NCBI GenBank assembly: GCA_964016885.1
Contig: OZ024741.1
Span: forward strand, 77,128,001-77,192,000
Direction: 5' to 3'
DNA length: 64,000 nucleotides
Origin: Eledone cirrhosa
Taxonomy: Eukaryota
Positions 28,795 through 43,098 of this stretch are shown here, one piece after another. Position 1 is the stretch's first letter. Every line of letters starts with the position of its first letter. The notes under the pieces were generated by a model, which did not search any database, was not told the DNA's origin, and saw only the letters and a list, made by a program, of their open reading frames with translations. Position numbers and translations under genes: made by a program.

Positions 28795-29750
28795 CTCCTG
28801 TGTTGAAACCATGGTAGAGGTAATTAAATATGTACACTTTTCTTCTAGTTTATTTTACACCTAATTCTGTTTAGTTGACTGTATATCTGGTCGATTTATA
28901 CATGCTGTCGAAATATTCGATAAATACTCCCCAGTAACCGCTGCGAAAGGGCTGCTTTCGGTTATTTGTCGGATATTTCTTCATAGGAGCCTTTATTCTT
29001 ATAGCTTGATCTAATTGATTTTTTATATGGTTAATTATGCTAATTGGGAGAGGAAACGGTATATATTTTATCTGGTGATTCTATAGACATGTTTTATGAT
29101 ATATAGCTCTGATTATTTAATTTATTAATTCTTCATTGAGCCATAAAGTGACCCGTTGCAAAACACATATGACTTTATATATATATATATGTAAACTTTT
29201 ATATGTAATAATCTCCCGTTAAGTTGAGATACAATTTGGCTGTATTTGGCTGCGCTTTCTAGCAAAAGGCCTATTAGCCGTAAGCAACTAATCACATCCT
29301 TTCTAACTTGACTGCTGCGACGTCACGATTCTTAGCCATTTTTGAATGTATTCTTGGCGCGATCACTTTGGAAAAGTTGTCTAAATTTGAGCTAACTCCT
29401 GAAGAATGCGAAGCTCTAGATATCCTATGTTATCGGATGTCTTAAAATGCGGACGAAACCATGGTAGAGGTAATTAAATATGTACACTTTTCTTCTAGTT
29501 TATTTTACACCTAATTCTGTTTAGTTGACTGTATATCTGGTCGATTTATACATGCTGTCGAAATATTCGATAAATACTCCGTAGTAAACGCTGCGAAGGG
29601 GCTGCTTTCGGTTATTTGTCGGAGATTTCTTCATAGGAGCCTTTATTCTTATAGCTTGATCTAATTGATTTTTTATATGGTTAATTATGCTAATTGGGAG
29701 AGGAAACAGTATATATTGTATCTGGTGATTCTATAGACATGTTTTATGAT
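28795..29750 (+). repeat. Direct repeat (~295 bp; 28805-29100 and 29455-29750) with an HHR at the repeat start
   Basis: Near-identical copies both begin gaaaccatggtagaggtaattaaatatgtacac, with a 650-bp period. Confidence 0.9.
29396..29469 (+). ncRNA. Type I hammerhead ribozyme
   Basis: ctc-CTGAAGA-[long stem II containing agatatcc/ggatgtct]-GAAA-ccatgg-TA-gag. Palindromic stem III and GUA triplet. Confidence 0.65.
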
Positions 29751-29863
29751 TTATATATATATATATAATAGTAGAACACTGGTGGGTTATATCCGTAGTA
29801 GTAGAGGACTCAGTCCATGGGACTAGTTTGGTAGAAGTAGTTCCACAACAGTTAGTTCACCAT

Positions 29864-29906
29864 ACCGAGAACAATTGTTTCACCTTATTCGAATCATCAG
29901 CTCGGT
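29864..29906 (-). ncRNA. Minimal type I hammerhead ribozyme (family shared with 43423-43715)
   Basis: accgag-CTGATGA-ttcgaataaggt-GAAA-c aatt g-TT-ctcggt. 6-bp stem I and palindromic stem III; stem II is weak in this copy. Confidence 0.7.
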
Positions 29907-30159
29907 TTAAATGAGATTCTACGAAAAAGAAAAAAACAAACAAAAAAAACCCTCATTTAAATGAAGTTTAAATGAGGTTTTTTTTTGTTTTGTTTTTTGT
30001 TTTTTTGAACTTTGACAATATATGAACAACCGTCCGGTTATGGAACCAACCAATCTGAAATTTATAAATTCTTAAATTTATAAATTTAATTTATAATAAA
30101 TTGGAGTGAAAGCAACTGGTGCGTGTGTTTCTTATTGGCAACATGGCCCTCCCAAAGCA

Positions 30160-30217
<58 letters not shown>

Positions 30218-30274
30218 GTGTCGAAACAAATATTGTTATAACAATATATATATATATTGTTATAACAATATATA

Positions 30275-31737
30275 TATATATTGTTATACTTTGGGAGGGT
30301 CATGTTGCCAATAAGAAACACACGCACCAGTTGCTTTCACTTCAATTTATTATAAATTAAATTTATAAATTTAGGAATTTATAAATTTCCGGTTGGTTGG
30401 TTCCACAACCAGACGATTGTTCATATATTGTCAAAGTTCTTTCGTCACACATTCTGTGACCTCTTCGGTGACTGGGGATTATTTTCTTTGTTTTTGTGCC
30501 TCTCCTTTGTTCTGTCCTACGCCATCTTGTTTTTGTGTGTGTTGTGTGCTTAGTTTGCGCATGTGTTACATCCGGGTGTCTGTGTGTGTTTATATTTGTT
30601 TATTTATTTGTTTATTTACATGTTACTGGTTGGTTGTTTGTTCTATGTGTGTGTGTGTTTTCATGTTGTCCTTAATTGTAAGTTGTGATGTTGCTATTCC
30701 ATTCATGCTTTCAATTTAATTTTGGTTGGAGTTCATTTATGTTTATTGCCTCTGTGATTTGTCTAAACATTGCGTCTTTTCTGTGTGTAGATTCTATTTT
30801 TATTTCTATGTTCTTTAATTTACCCTTATGTTCTATTTTAGCATGTTGGTGGAGTACTGATGAGTCTTTTCTATCTTGAAGCTCTCGCCAGTGTTCATTT
30901 ATCCGTTCTCCTATACTACGAACTGTCTCACCTATGTACACTATATTCTTATCTCTACATTGTCCTTCAGTATATCTTATGCTATATACTACATTTCTAG
31001 TTTTACAGTTAATATGGGGCTTAGTTTACAGATTATACATTTCTTATCTATACAGGGAGGTCTTTGAAAAGGGTATGTATTGCTAATAAGTGTTTTTATG
31101 GCGGTACCTGGTCTTTCTACTATCTTAATATTGAATTTATGTTTATCTAGGGCCCTTCTGAATTTGTAAGCTAATTCACCTCTAGGGGTTGTATTGATGA
31201 ACATTACACTCTGGTATTTATTGCTATCATACCATGAGTTTATTCTATTAATCTTATTCCTAGTTCTTTCTATTCTATTCCAAAATTTGCTCCTATGAAA
31301 GGGGCAGGTCGTATTTGTATCATTATTTACCATTTTTTCCCATTTGGTTCTGGCTCCTCTATATACTCTGATCTTATCTCTCTGGTTGTAACCAGAGAAC
31401 AGCATACGGTGGATGAAGTGTTGTATGTGTCTCTCTAGTTCTTTGGGCTTGCACATGCGGGACACGTTTCTCATCACCCGTACCAAATCCGCAATCAGAA
31501 CAAAGGAGAGGCACAAAAACAAAGAAAAGAATCCCCAGTCACTGAAGAGGTCATAGAATGTGTGACGAAAGAACTTTGACAATATATGAACAATCGTCTG
31601 GTTAGGGAACCAACCAACCAACCGGAAATTTATAAATTCCTAAATTTATAAATTTAATTTATAATAAATTGAAGTGAAAGCAACTGGTGCGTGTGTTTCT
31701 TATTGGCAACATGACCCTCCCAAAGTATAACAATATC
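30275..31737 (-). mobile_element. PLE family B: 3' pLTR, thumb and GIY-YIG on minus strand, inverted pLTR at 31497-31737; extra pLTR fragment at 30007-30165
   Basis: ORFs 30989-31621 and 30711-30941 (YIGETVRSIGERINEH, RQITEA). HHR-like motifs at 30430-30472(-) and 31538-31580(+). Confidence 0.9.
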
Positions 31738-31790
31738 GGTTTCAACACACGTTTTCAGATAAAGAATATTGCTAAACAAATTCAGAAACG

Positions 31791-31846
<56 letters not shown>

Positions 31847-31860
31847 TCGTTTATTTTATA

Positions 31861-32460
31861 CTAGAAGTGGTACCCGGCGTTGCACGGGATAAGTATTGTG
31901 AAATATATAACCGCCTTAGCTAAGCTTAGTATTGCCACAACCACGACTGGCAAAGAAGTAAGGGTCTGGTGGTACGTAAGTAAGCAACACTGTGGCTTAA
32001 AACGCAAGGAAGAAGTTGTGTGCACTTATCAACTGTTTGGGGAATGAGTGTGAGATTTGTCTTGAGCAAGGGTGGCATATAACCGGAGACAGCAGACAGC
32101 CAGACATACAGACAGATATTATAAGGGCGCGTTCTAGACGCAGAGCGAATTGTAGGAAGTGACGTAATGCAGACAGTCAGACATACAGACAGATATTATA
32201 AGGGCGCGACGTTATATGTATGCATCTATCTAAAAAGAGAAAGACTAAGAATTATAGAGAGAGATCGCTAAATCGCTAAAACCCTAGGGCATTGAACATT
32301 TGAAATTTTTTTTGCTCAGAACACTCAGAACACTCAGAACACTTATGAAACATAAGTAATACATGTCTAAAGTTTGAAAACAATCGGTTGGGTGCTTCTC
32401 TAGTTTTAGGGATTCAAACTCACACACACACAGACAGATATGCTCAGTTTTATATATAGA
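31861..32460 (-). mobile_element. Non-autonomous Helitron (600 bp)
   Basis: The minus strand starts a|TCtatatataaaac and ends with the hairpin cccg tgcaacgc cggg followed by CTAG|t. Inserted between A and T with no TSD. Confidence 0.85.
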
Positions 32461-32463
32461 TAT

Positions 32464-32540
32464 ATACGGTGTCCCAAAAATGTATACACATTTATTAAAA
32501 CGCCTTTGAAGTAAGCATACATTTGTTGGGACACCCAGTA
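32464..32540. mobile_element. Tiny Tc1/mariner-type MITE
   Basis: ta-cggtgtcccaaaaatgtat ... atacatttgttgggacacccag-ta. Confidence 0.6.
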
Positions 32541-32565
32541 TATATACATATATATACCCGTTTTT

Positions 32566-32732
<167 letters not shown>

Positions 32733-32980
32733 ATGTAATGCTATACACTTTCTCTTAACACGAAATTGTACTACAGCTAGGTGGCTGACGAAGTAGAGGT
32801 GCAGTTGTCTGTTCATCTCATGTAACTGACTTTTTTCTGCTGATACTCTATATATTTATAACGCTATACGTTGCACAGCCCGGCAAGACCAGAACTCAAA
32901 GTAGTATTCGATGCATGTTTAGGTACAGAGTTAGTATCCTGTCGAAGTGGGACCTCCGTTTGAATTTTACTAATTATCAA

Positions 32981-33059
<79 letters not shown>

Positions 33060-33339
33060 TGTGCGTGCGTGCGTGCATGCATGTGTGTGCGCATGTATGT
33101 GTGTGTGTGCGCATGTATGTGTGTGTGTGTGCGCATGTATGTGTGTGTGTGTGCTGCTTTCACTTTAATTACCACAGCTGAGAGAGAGTTTATACCTATT
33201 CACTTACACAACTAACCAAATTAATGGAGAAAAGAATAAAACAAAATACATATCTACAAAATATATATATATACAATTATAAACATATATAATTATAATA
33301 CATATATAAACAAAACTTAACAAACAGAAAAGTTTCTCA

Positions 33340-33672
<333 letters not shown>

Positions 33673-33789
33673 TTAATAATTTTTCTCCCGTTTCATTATT
33701 TCAATTCTAAATCTTTTAATTTTTAAAACTAGGTAATTCGTTTTATGCATGTATATATACATGTATATGTATGTATGTATATATACATG

Positions 33790-33821
<32 letters not shown>

Positions 33822-33981
33822 TGTATGTATGTATGTATGTATGTATGTTTGTATGTATGTATGTTTGTATGTATATTTATATGTATGTGTGAAAATGTAT
33901 ATACACAGAATAGTGTATATACGTTTAAAACTTGTATTTCCAAGAAGTATTCATGGGGCAAAAAAAACAAAAAAAAACACC

Positions 33982-34043
<62 letters not shown>

Positions 34044-34714
34044 TATGTGTGTGTGCTTGACATATAAAGAAGGTATGTGTTTTCTGTACGGGACACTTAC
34101 GTTTGAATGATAAAGCACACAGTAAGTTAAACCTCTGTTGATTATTTGTTGTTTTTTAAATAAACTATTTCCCTTTCCTTTCTCTTTCATTCATTTCTTA
34201 TTCGATATTGTCTCTAATGTTTACTCGTTCCTTTTGCCCATATGTTTTCCTTTCATTCGCTTCTTTTTTTCCTTTCTGGCTCTATTTTTTATTATCATCT
34301 GTGAGGTGAACGCACCACTGAGCTTCCATGTGAAGCCATGGTGGTGCTGATGTTATTATTGTGCCTGTTGTTGTTACTACTACTGCTGCTACTGCGTCTC
34401 TCACTGCTGTTACTGATTACAATAGGTACTAGTGTTGATATGTGCGTGTGTGTGTGTGTGGGTGCGTTAGTGTATGTTGCCACACACACATATATATATG
34501 TAAAACAGGTGAGGGCACACAGGACAAAAGCAGACCGTCCCTTCTTTCAGTCAACCCTTGGAAACACCCACACACACACATACACACACACACACACACA
34601 CGCACACACATATATATATATATATATAGTCTCTGGTGAAGTCACTTGCCAGACACGTAATTGCTATTATTTCCAGCCCCCCCCCCGCCCCCCCATACAC
34701 ACTTTCACTTTCAT

Positions 34715-35020
34715 AGGGGTACGTGGTTAGAGAGTTAGTTTCAATCGTGGAGCTGTGAGTTCGATTTCCGGACCGGGTATCGTGTTGTGTTCTTGAGCAA
34801 GACACTTTATTTCACATTGCTGCAGTTCACTCAGCTGGAAAAGTTGCAATTTCACTTGTGCCAAGAAGTATCGCCTTCGCCTTTTCCTTGGACAACATTG
34901 GTGGTGGCAGGAGTGACGGATATGCTTGGGCGAATACTGGTCTTCCACAAAAACACCTTTTCTAGGCTTGTGTGTCAGAGAGGAACTTTCTAGGTGTATG
35001 CCCCATAGTCATTCACAAAA
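34715..35020 (+). mobile_element. tRNA-derived CORE-type SINE; relatives at ~53680-53930(-) and 54425-54750(+)
   Basis: A box tggttagag, B box gagttcgatt, and the CORE-like gtgttcttgagcaagacactttatttcac. Confidence 0.7.
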
Positions 35021-35188
35021 CTGTCAACTTCACTTTATATATTTATCGTTACACTCCAACTGAGTTGCAGTGGAATTGCTGTCAATTACCAGGTCACAGA
35101 CAGCACGACGAACATTTTGACAACGATAGTTATATAATATAAGTCAACAGCTTTTGAATGAGGTAAAAGACTCTTCACCCTGTAATTG

Positions 35189-35238
<50 letters not shown>

Positions 35239-35282
35239 CAGTAGTGGCAGTAGTGGCAGTAGCAGTAGTAGCAGTAGCAGTT

Positions 35283-38200
35283 TATATATTCCAATAATTG
35301 AGCACTCCTTTGATAAGCGTATGAAATGTTTAATAGAATACCCTAATAACCATTAATCTGGATATCTAAATATGGAATGTTACGCGATGCCCCCCCCCCC
35401 CCACACACACACAGCCCCGGCGGACAGGATGGAGAAGGCGTTCCCGCGGAGACGCGCCAACTCGCGGGGTTCACACCTGTGACTGGCCAGCTCAGCACCT
35501 ATGGTGGTGAGTAGGGAGGTAGTCCTGGGGCCGAGGACACCAGAAGTCTCCACTGCCAAGGGTACAACCGCAAACCTGTTGGAGAGCGACCGGTATTTGA
35601 GGAGTTTGGCCTCCTCAGCCCGACGTGCAGCAGAACCTGGGTTAGTCGCAGACTGCACCAGGTTGCGGCCGCAGAAGGTGTCGGTGCAAGTAGCATCCCA
35701 GACGAGGGGTTTTCCACCGCGGAACGGGAAGATGGTCATGCCATTTAGCCTTTTGCCATCCCCTCGGTCCAGCCCCACCGGCTCGAGCTGGGAAGGGAAG
35801 CCCGCAGCGTCCAAGCCATGCTTTATGACCTCGTTGAGGGCAGCATGTCGTGGAAGGCGGCCGGCACTGTGGCGACAGGAAAGCGGGTGGAGGCCGAAAG
35901 AGTCCACGGTGGATCCGCAGCGACATTGGTGTGGCTCGCAGATCCGGAGGCCGAGCCTCAAGGAAACACCGATGAACAGGCTATTGTCTAGCTGCGTGCC
36001 AGTGGAGAAGGAGGGCAGGGCATGGAACCAGGCACCACTGTGGGGTTTGGCGGCCGCACGAAAGCAGGCAAGGCGGTGCTGGTCGAGCTGGCGCGTGAGC
36101 CTGTCTGAGGCCAGGCTGCACTGGATGGCATCCCAAGTGCTTTGGGGGGGGGGGACTTGACGTCAACAGGGGGAGAAGGAGGAGGGACGTCTACTGGGCT
36201 AAGTCCCAGCCGGTCCCACGTCTCACAGGCGGCCTCACGTTCTCTGAACACAGAGGGTTTTATTGTGTTTTGAAGAACCCTGCTGACGAGGACGCGGCAC
36301 CAGGTTACCGACGAAAGATACGCCGGCAAAGCCAGTGAGATCGGGGACTGGAGGCCAAGGCCGCCATACCTGACATGTAAAGTGGACTGTTGCCATCCAA
36401 TGTCGTCAAACTTGACGTTGCAAATCTCCTTGGCTGCTGCTCGGATACAGAGGAGAGATGCGTGGGTCTAGCACGGAGCGCTGCGAAGGGTATAGAGGAG
36501 TTTCGGCATGGCGAAGCAGTTCCTCAACAGAAAGAGAGCTGGGTGGCCGTCGATCAAGCCCAGTCGGCTCGTGAGATTCTGGAGTTGTTGAAGCCTGGAC
36601 CTGATAGTGGAGCGGATGGCCAGCGGGTGGATCGGTAACCCGAGGATGAGGACATCCTCTTTGGGGGTCACCTGTACCTGGTGGAGAATGGACCGCACGT
36701 CCGAGACGGAGGCTGCAAAGCTCTCAGCATCGTGGCTGAAATTCACCACCTCCGACTTTGCCGAGTTGACCTGAAGGCCGATTCCCGCCAGGGCAGGAAC
36801 CACCGATTATAGGTCATGGCAGACAGTCTGTACGGGCCCGCCCAACGTAGCATCATCCAGATACCAAACGTTGAGAGGGGTCGTGATACTCCGGGCGATG
36901 TGGTCTATACTAAGGGCAAACAGGAGGGGTCCCAAAGGGTGGCCCTGTTGGATCCCAGTAGCCCAAGGTATGACCGTATCAGCAGCAAGGAGCATGCTCG
37001 GAACTCCATACGACAGGTAGGCCAGCGGGTAGGCAGAGGGGGCTCGGCTGAGGCAGACATCGAGCAGATGGTCCCAGCGCAAGCAGTTGAAGGCAGCCCT
37101 CATGTCAAGCTTGACAATGAGTGGGCAGCTGTTGAAAAACTTCCTGGTAGCATGTGCGGCCCCCTCACAGCCACCGGACACCTCGACACCCAGTTGCACC
37201 GGACTGAACTCCTCACCCAGTTCGGGTGTTATGGACCTGCAGACCACTTTGGCAGCCAGCCTCCGGAAGACAGTGCCCACAGCGATGGGGCTTATCCACC
37301 CACTTTCTTCCTGAGAGCGGTGAGGCTAGCCGAAAGAAAAGAGGCCTCGAGCGTGAGGGTCCACAGTGCCATGGATGAGCCTATTGGTGAGCTCCACAAT
37401 TGCACTCAGGAGGTTGCGCCCGGCCTCAGCGGAGAGGGGGGATAGCAACTCCTTGAGGTGGCCTGGTCGGAGACCACCAGCACCTCCGCTGCTGCTAGCT
37501 GGGAAGGACTTGATGGCAGACATGCGTCGGAAGCCACAAGGAGCAAGTTGGGGTCGGATGGGGGTATGGGTATGAGATCAGCGGGAGTCGCAGGGCAGCC
37601 AGGACCTCCTCGGTGGGTTGGCGGACAGTGTCCTCTGAGGCAACCACTCTGACTGCGGCCGAGACATCACCCATGATTAGTTCAGCATTTACGCGGTCAT
37701 GCAAATGCTTGGCGCTGGCCTCAGGGATGGAGGATTGGGGGTACCCGAGGGTGGGGTGTGCGGTGTCCCTGGGCACGCTTGGAATGGGCGTTTGCCCAAA
37801 GGACGAAACATTGGCCTTGACAAAGGCTGCTGTCGACCGGCCGCTGTCTCATCTGGTGGTGTGCCAGACGGCCTTGGCTGGGCAGACGAGGGGAAGAGGC
37901 AGTTCCTGCATCTCCACGCTGCGAGGGCACTGGAAGCTCGACGTTTCAAGCCAACACAGGTGAGGTGGTGGAAGCAGCCGCACCCCGAACAGTTCCGGCC
38001 CCTCTTCCGTCTGTTAGTGGTGCTGCAAATGCTGCAGGTGTCAGCTTGGGGGGTGGAGGATGGGGCGTGGGGCCGGGGACTGGAGCACCGAGCGGCATCA
38101 GGGGTGAGTGGCTGGCGTGTGTGGGTGGAAGGGAAAGTGCTGGTAAGAGGGCCTCATAGCTCACCTACATCAAATATAGAGGCGTCAGAGGACAAGAGAG

Positions 38201-38400
38201 AAAAGAAGGGGTGCATGGAGGTGGACACACAAGAAGGTAGAATGTTAGCAAATGAATGAGTGAATGGATGAATGTACAAAACAGACCCCCCCCCCAAAGG
38301 TGGGGGGAAGAGAGAAAACGAGGTTGTTCCCAGCGGAAAGACCCAGAGTTCAGCACGCACACATGCGAGCTGTTAGCAGTTTCTCAAAGGATCTTGTGAC
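35283..38400 (-). mobile_element. CRE-clade non-LTR retrotransposon (RT plus restriction-like endonuclease), frameshifted, GC-rich
   Basis: GLRPGHLKEL, GTVFRRLAAK, QLGV..SGGCEGAAH, KLDMRAAFNCL, GIQQGHPLGPLLF, WYLDDATLGG. CRCG...HPLSC knuckle. GKRLNGMT..F..GKPLVWDATC is the RLE, with the PD motif mutated. Confidence 0.88.
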
Positions 38401-38939
38401 TGAGGATGAGTCATTCAATCCTGAAAACATGTGTTGTTGTTCTTGTTACTGATGCTGGAGTTGGCTTCCTTTGTTAATGGTAGTAGTAGTGATTGCTGGT
38501 GAGATATTGATGTATACACATATGTGTTGTTGTTGTTAATGTCACTGTTGCTGTCGTTGCCTTCCTCTTGTTAATGGTGGTGGAGATGAAACTGCTACCA
38601 GTTCAGGCTGCCAGACAGTATGCTGAGGCTCGAGTGCCTTCTTTTACCGAAAATACGGGGTCAATGTGGATTGGCAGTATAGGTAGAGGGTCGGACGCCA
38701 TGCTTTGCATCAAAGAGTTACGGCCCTTTATGGTCTGAGTTCAAATCCCGCCGAGGTTAACTTTGCCTTTCATCCTTACGGGGTCGATAAAATAAAGTAA
38801 TTGCTGGCCTTGTGCCAAAAGTAGAAACAATTATTATCCTGTTGCTGTCGCCTTCTTGACCGGAGATGCGGGTCAGTGGCTTTCGGCATCATTTGGCAGC
38901 ACAACGGCAAATAAATATATTCTCTATTTTTTTTTTTTG

Positions 38940-40050
38940 GGGGGGGGGGGGGTGTCTTTTCTTTTTCTCTGTCTAATCCGATTCAAATTATTTGGCAGTG
39001 AATTGGTGGTCGGTTTTGTTTTGTTTTGTTTTATGTTTCCATTTGTTTTTATTTATTTCTCTCGCTCTTCTCGTATGTTTCGGTGCGTTAAATTTGTGAG
39101 GTTCCTAGAAGTTATTATTTGAGGTTATATTTCCATTCTAGGATGTATTCCACCATAACAGCACATACTGCCTCCCAGCATCATGGATTAAACTGTGAGT
39201 TAATGCCGCGAATGTTTGACTAGTGGGTAATCAGATAATCCAAGCGTACAATCATCAATGTAGATATGGATAGAGTCTAGTGGATTTGACAATGTGTTAG
39301 AAGTGATGAAGCAGCGTGGTAAATGTTTAAGATAAAAATTCATTAGCTGTATCTGATACAGACAAATTTCCTTCATCGATGTCAGGATCAACATCTTTAT
39401 GAGCTTCGCGTGTTGAGTTAGGTATGGCGAACTATAATGTTTGATAATTCGCGACTAGTATGACAGCTCGGTACGGCTCTCATTCAATGGGATGAAAAAG
39501 CCTGTAAATGGGTATGCTTGCTCCAAGGAATGGCATAATATTAGCATACCACATACATATATACACATACATGTATGCCCACGTACATATGTGTGTTGGT
39601 ATGTCAAATACACACATATATCTCTGTATATCCATGTGGGGAGCAACACGTTTTGGTTTGATTTTAATTTTTATTTCTTCTCTCTTTCTAATCCGATTCA
39701 AAAAAATTATTTGGCAGTGAATTGATGGTCGTTTTTTTTTTTTTTTGGTCCCCATTCCTTATATTTTGTTTCTTTCTCTCGCTCTTCGCGTATATTTTGG
39801 TGCGTTATATTTGTGAGGTTCCTATCAATGGTTAATAGCATTTATCAGTAATGCACTTGGATAATTGCTGGCCTTGTGCCAAAAGTAGAAAAAATTATTT
39901 GTGGTTATGTTTCCATTCTAGGATGTATTGCATCACAGCAGCACATGCTGATTCCAGGAATCTTGTATTAGACAGTGAATTAATACCGCGAATGTTTGGA
40001 ACGCAAAAGTATTTGAGTAATTGGTAATCCAATCGTAAGATCATCAATGT
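38940..40050. repeat. Local diverged duplication (~38940-39270 and ~39645-40050) including a CR1/L2-like RT remnant
   Basis: ctaatccgattcaaa..tttggcagtgaattg, ttccattctaggatgtatt and taat(g/a)ccgcgaatgtttg each occur twice. The minus strand reads YIDDCTL. Confidence 0.65.
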
Positions 40051-40959
40051 ATGGTAAACAAATCTTAAATAGAGCTTGGAGCAGATATTACGTTAAGAGA
40101 ACATTCAGACAGAGTGGATGTGGAAAAGTTGAAAATGTTAACCTCGTTGGGTGTTGAATTTGTAGTTCCAGAAAAAAAAAAATTTTTTTTTTTCAATCAC
40201 AGGAAAGTGCACACACATACATATATGTATATATACAGGTACATATATTAATGAACTTGTATTTCACGTTAAACACAGAGGGACATCAGTAACTAATTGT
40301 TTCTACTTTAGGCACAAGGCCAGCAATTTTTTTAAGGGGAAGGAAAAGTCGAATAAATCGACCCCAGTGCATTACTGGTGCTTTATTTTATCGACCCCGT
40401 AAGGATGAGACATCAGTAAATAATAATAACGATATTTAGATATGAAAATATTGATGTAAATATCTCTATTTCGGGGGTTATATATATATATATATATATA
40501 TAATATGTATATAATGTATATATATATATTAAGATTAAGAACCCATAACTCCTTGTGGAGTCGTAGAGGCACCGTCATACGGCGTGTCTAGGGCACTTTT
40601 AAACCTGGCGGAGCCCAATCCTCTCCAGGTCTGAACATTTTTTCTATAGAGGAAGAATCCACCCAGTACTGGACTGGTACTTTTTTTATCGAGCTCGAAA
40701 GGATGAAAGGCAAAGTTGAGATTTGAACTCAGAGCTCGCAATGAGGCTGGACGAATACTGTAAAGCTAGTTCCATAGTCAGGAACTAGCTGTTGAAACGG
40801 CAAGAGCTCAACCGTCGGGGTTCCGAGTCTTTATAATATAACTATCTATACTCTACTACCTCAAATATCGAGTACTCTGTTGAGTAATGGTCTAACCAGT
40901 TTCAAACTGAATAAATCCTGATATATATAGTGCTCCGATGATATATATAGTGCTATATA

Positions 40960-43098
40960 TATAAATTACAGAATAATCAAGACTATGTTCAAAACATTTT
41001 ATTGCTGACAATCGTTTCTTCCAAACTTTCGTTTGGAATCATCGGAGCATTAGCAAAGTTTAGACATATAATTAACCTCCTATTACACAGAACAATCGTA
41101 AAGATACATAGATGTTAGTGTTGTCATTAACAGTGTCACATTTAAAGAGTGAAGATGATGTGGTCAGTATCAGTGGATGCAACAAAGATTATAAAAGAAT
41201 AATAAAACAATTATAGAGGAATTAAAGAAGAAAGTTACTCGCAAAACGAGGACATTAGCAGTACATATGCAAGCGTATAGAAAGAGTGCAGATGTGTTAG
41301 GCATGTACAGAATAACCGGGTAAGAAACAAGAAATGGTACTAAGCATATATATCACAGTATGGCAAAGGTATCACATAATACAATACAGGTATAAAAGCA
41401 TATTAAGCAGACAGAGATGCTTGGGTATGAAAAGCAGTTTCTATGAAGTTTATGGTGGATGTAATGTGATAATTGTTCTGGTAATGTTCAAATGTGCATG
41501 TGTTGTGAGTATTAATATCAAGGTTTTCCTTTCCATTTCATTGGTTATATTTTAGTAAATGTTTATCAGTAGCTACAACTATGGATTGTATATTGGTCCT
41601 ATTACAATCTTATCAAGGGTTCGAATTGTTCTAGAGTGATCTGTCTAACGGTTTAATTTCAGGAAGTGAATTAGAGATCTATATTAAGGGGAGCTAATGC
41701 GAAAGGAGAGGTAATTGGCGATTAATTTGTATATGAGAGAAAAAATGTATAGTTGTTTACAACTCCAATTAGTTAAATTCTATGTGTTAATGTACAATAT
41801 ATTATGTTATAAGTGAATCCTTTTATATAATGTTATTTATTTTTAAATGTATATATTTAATTTTAAATACAATCTTTTTTCCTATAATACCTTAAAGGTC
41901 TCATTTTATCACTACCTACCTATATACTAATTAAATTAATAAAACATTAGTAAGTTATAGTAGTTATATTAAATGGCGGTAACTTTATGTTTCTTCCTAA
42001 TAGTTATTGTAGAGTATAAGATTTGAGATAAATAGGAGGTAAGTAGAGGAATGAGTTGATCATAGAGTGTGATGCTGTGGGGGTAATTATATGCTGATAA
42101 AACCTAGAGGTAAAGTGTTAATGGTGGTGAGGAATCCAGATCTGACATTGTTATATACTAGCAGCTAGGTTTGAAGTTGTGGAAAGAGTGTCGGTGGTAG
42201 TGTTGGCACATGGAAAAAATGTCTGATTTTCTATTTAAGAGGTTTAGTTTAGAATAGATTATAGTGCGGGTCTCTAGAAGACAAAGGTTACATAATTTAT
42301 TCGGTGGTTTATACGATGCGGCCTTATTTATTACTTCCCATTGAAGTGTATATGGTCTATTCTTAGTTTTCAGAGAGTGTATGTAGTTACATAAAGAAGT
42401 GGAGTTGGTTAGATTGCGATTTTTGAAAGTGTGGAGATGCGAATTATATCTCATCTTGAAACAGTTGGAAGTAGAACCGATATATGTTTTTGAAGTGTTG
42501 TTTGTATTGACTGTGCATGAGTAAATGATGTCTTTGATAAAGCAATTTTTTCCCTAAGGGGCAAGTTCTATTTGTTCTACAGTTACAGTTATTCTGGTTG
42601 TTTACTTGCTGGTTAATAGGGTGTGTAGATGCATGGTTGTTAGGGATAGCATTAGGGTAATGATGATTATCATTCTCATTGTTAAAATCCCGCCAAGGTT
42701 AACTTTGCCTTTCATCCTTACGGGGTCGATAAAATAAAGTACCAGTAATGTACTGGGTGATTGCTGGCCTTGTGCCAAAAGTCGAAACAATTATTTATAC
42801 CAACTATTAATTAATTTCATTAGTGCTATTACTATTATTGCTACTAGAATTCTTTGGTGCTATTTTGTTATGTAAGTTCACTCCTTGTTGGGATTTAATT
42901 AGTTGGAAATAATTATGAATCTTCCTTGTATTACTACTAGCTATATGGTACGCGATATTAGGTGTGGTAGAGTAAGAGATTTTAATGGTATTTTTATTGA
43001 TAAGATTATGGTATTTGTGGCCGACTGGGAAGTTTTTTTCTAAGATTGAGAAGAAAGCCTTAGGCAAGTTGGTAAAGACGTTTAGATTGAAAGGGAGA
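40960..43098 (-). mobile_element. PLE remnant (CxC linker plus GIY-YIG, long 3' region, HHR-bearing pLTR), interrupted by a SINE at 42685-42795
   Basis: KNFPVGHKYHNLINKNTIKISYS, NCNCRTNRTCPL, YIGSTSNCFKMRYNSH, LCNLCLLE. Confidence 0.8.
41003..41049 (-). ncRNA. Minimal hammerhead ribozyme with CCGAUGA core
   Basis: tgct-CCGATGA-ttccaaac gaaa gtttggaa-GAAA-c gatt g-TC-agca. 8-bp stem II with a GNRA loop and GUC triplet. Confidence 0.7.

Noticed and set aside
35501-38259. Long plus-strand ORFs (e.g. 35501-36160, 36816-37445, 37699-38259)
   Set aside because: Antisense shadows of the GC-rich CRE coding strand with no recognisable motifs.
38395-38435. CTGAGGA...GAAA near the CRE 5' end as an HHR
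   Set aside because: I could not pair stem I or close stem II in register.
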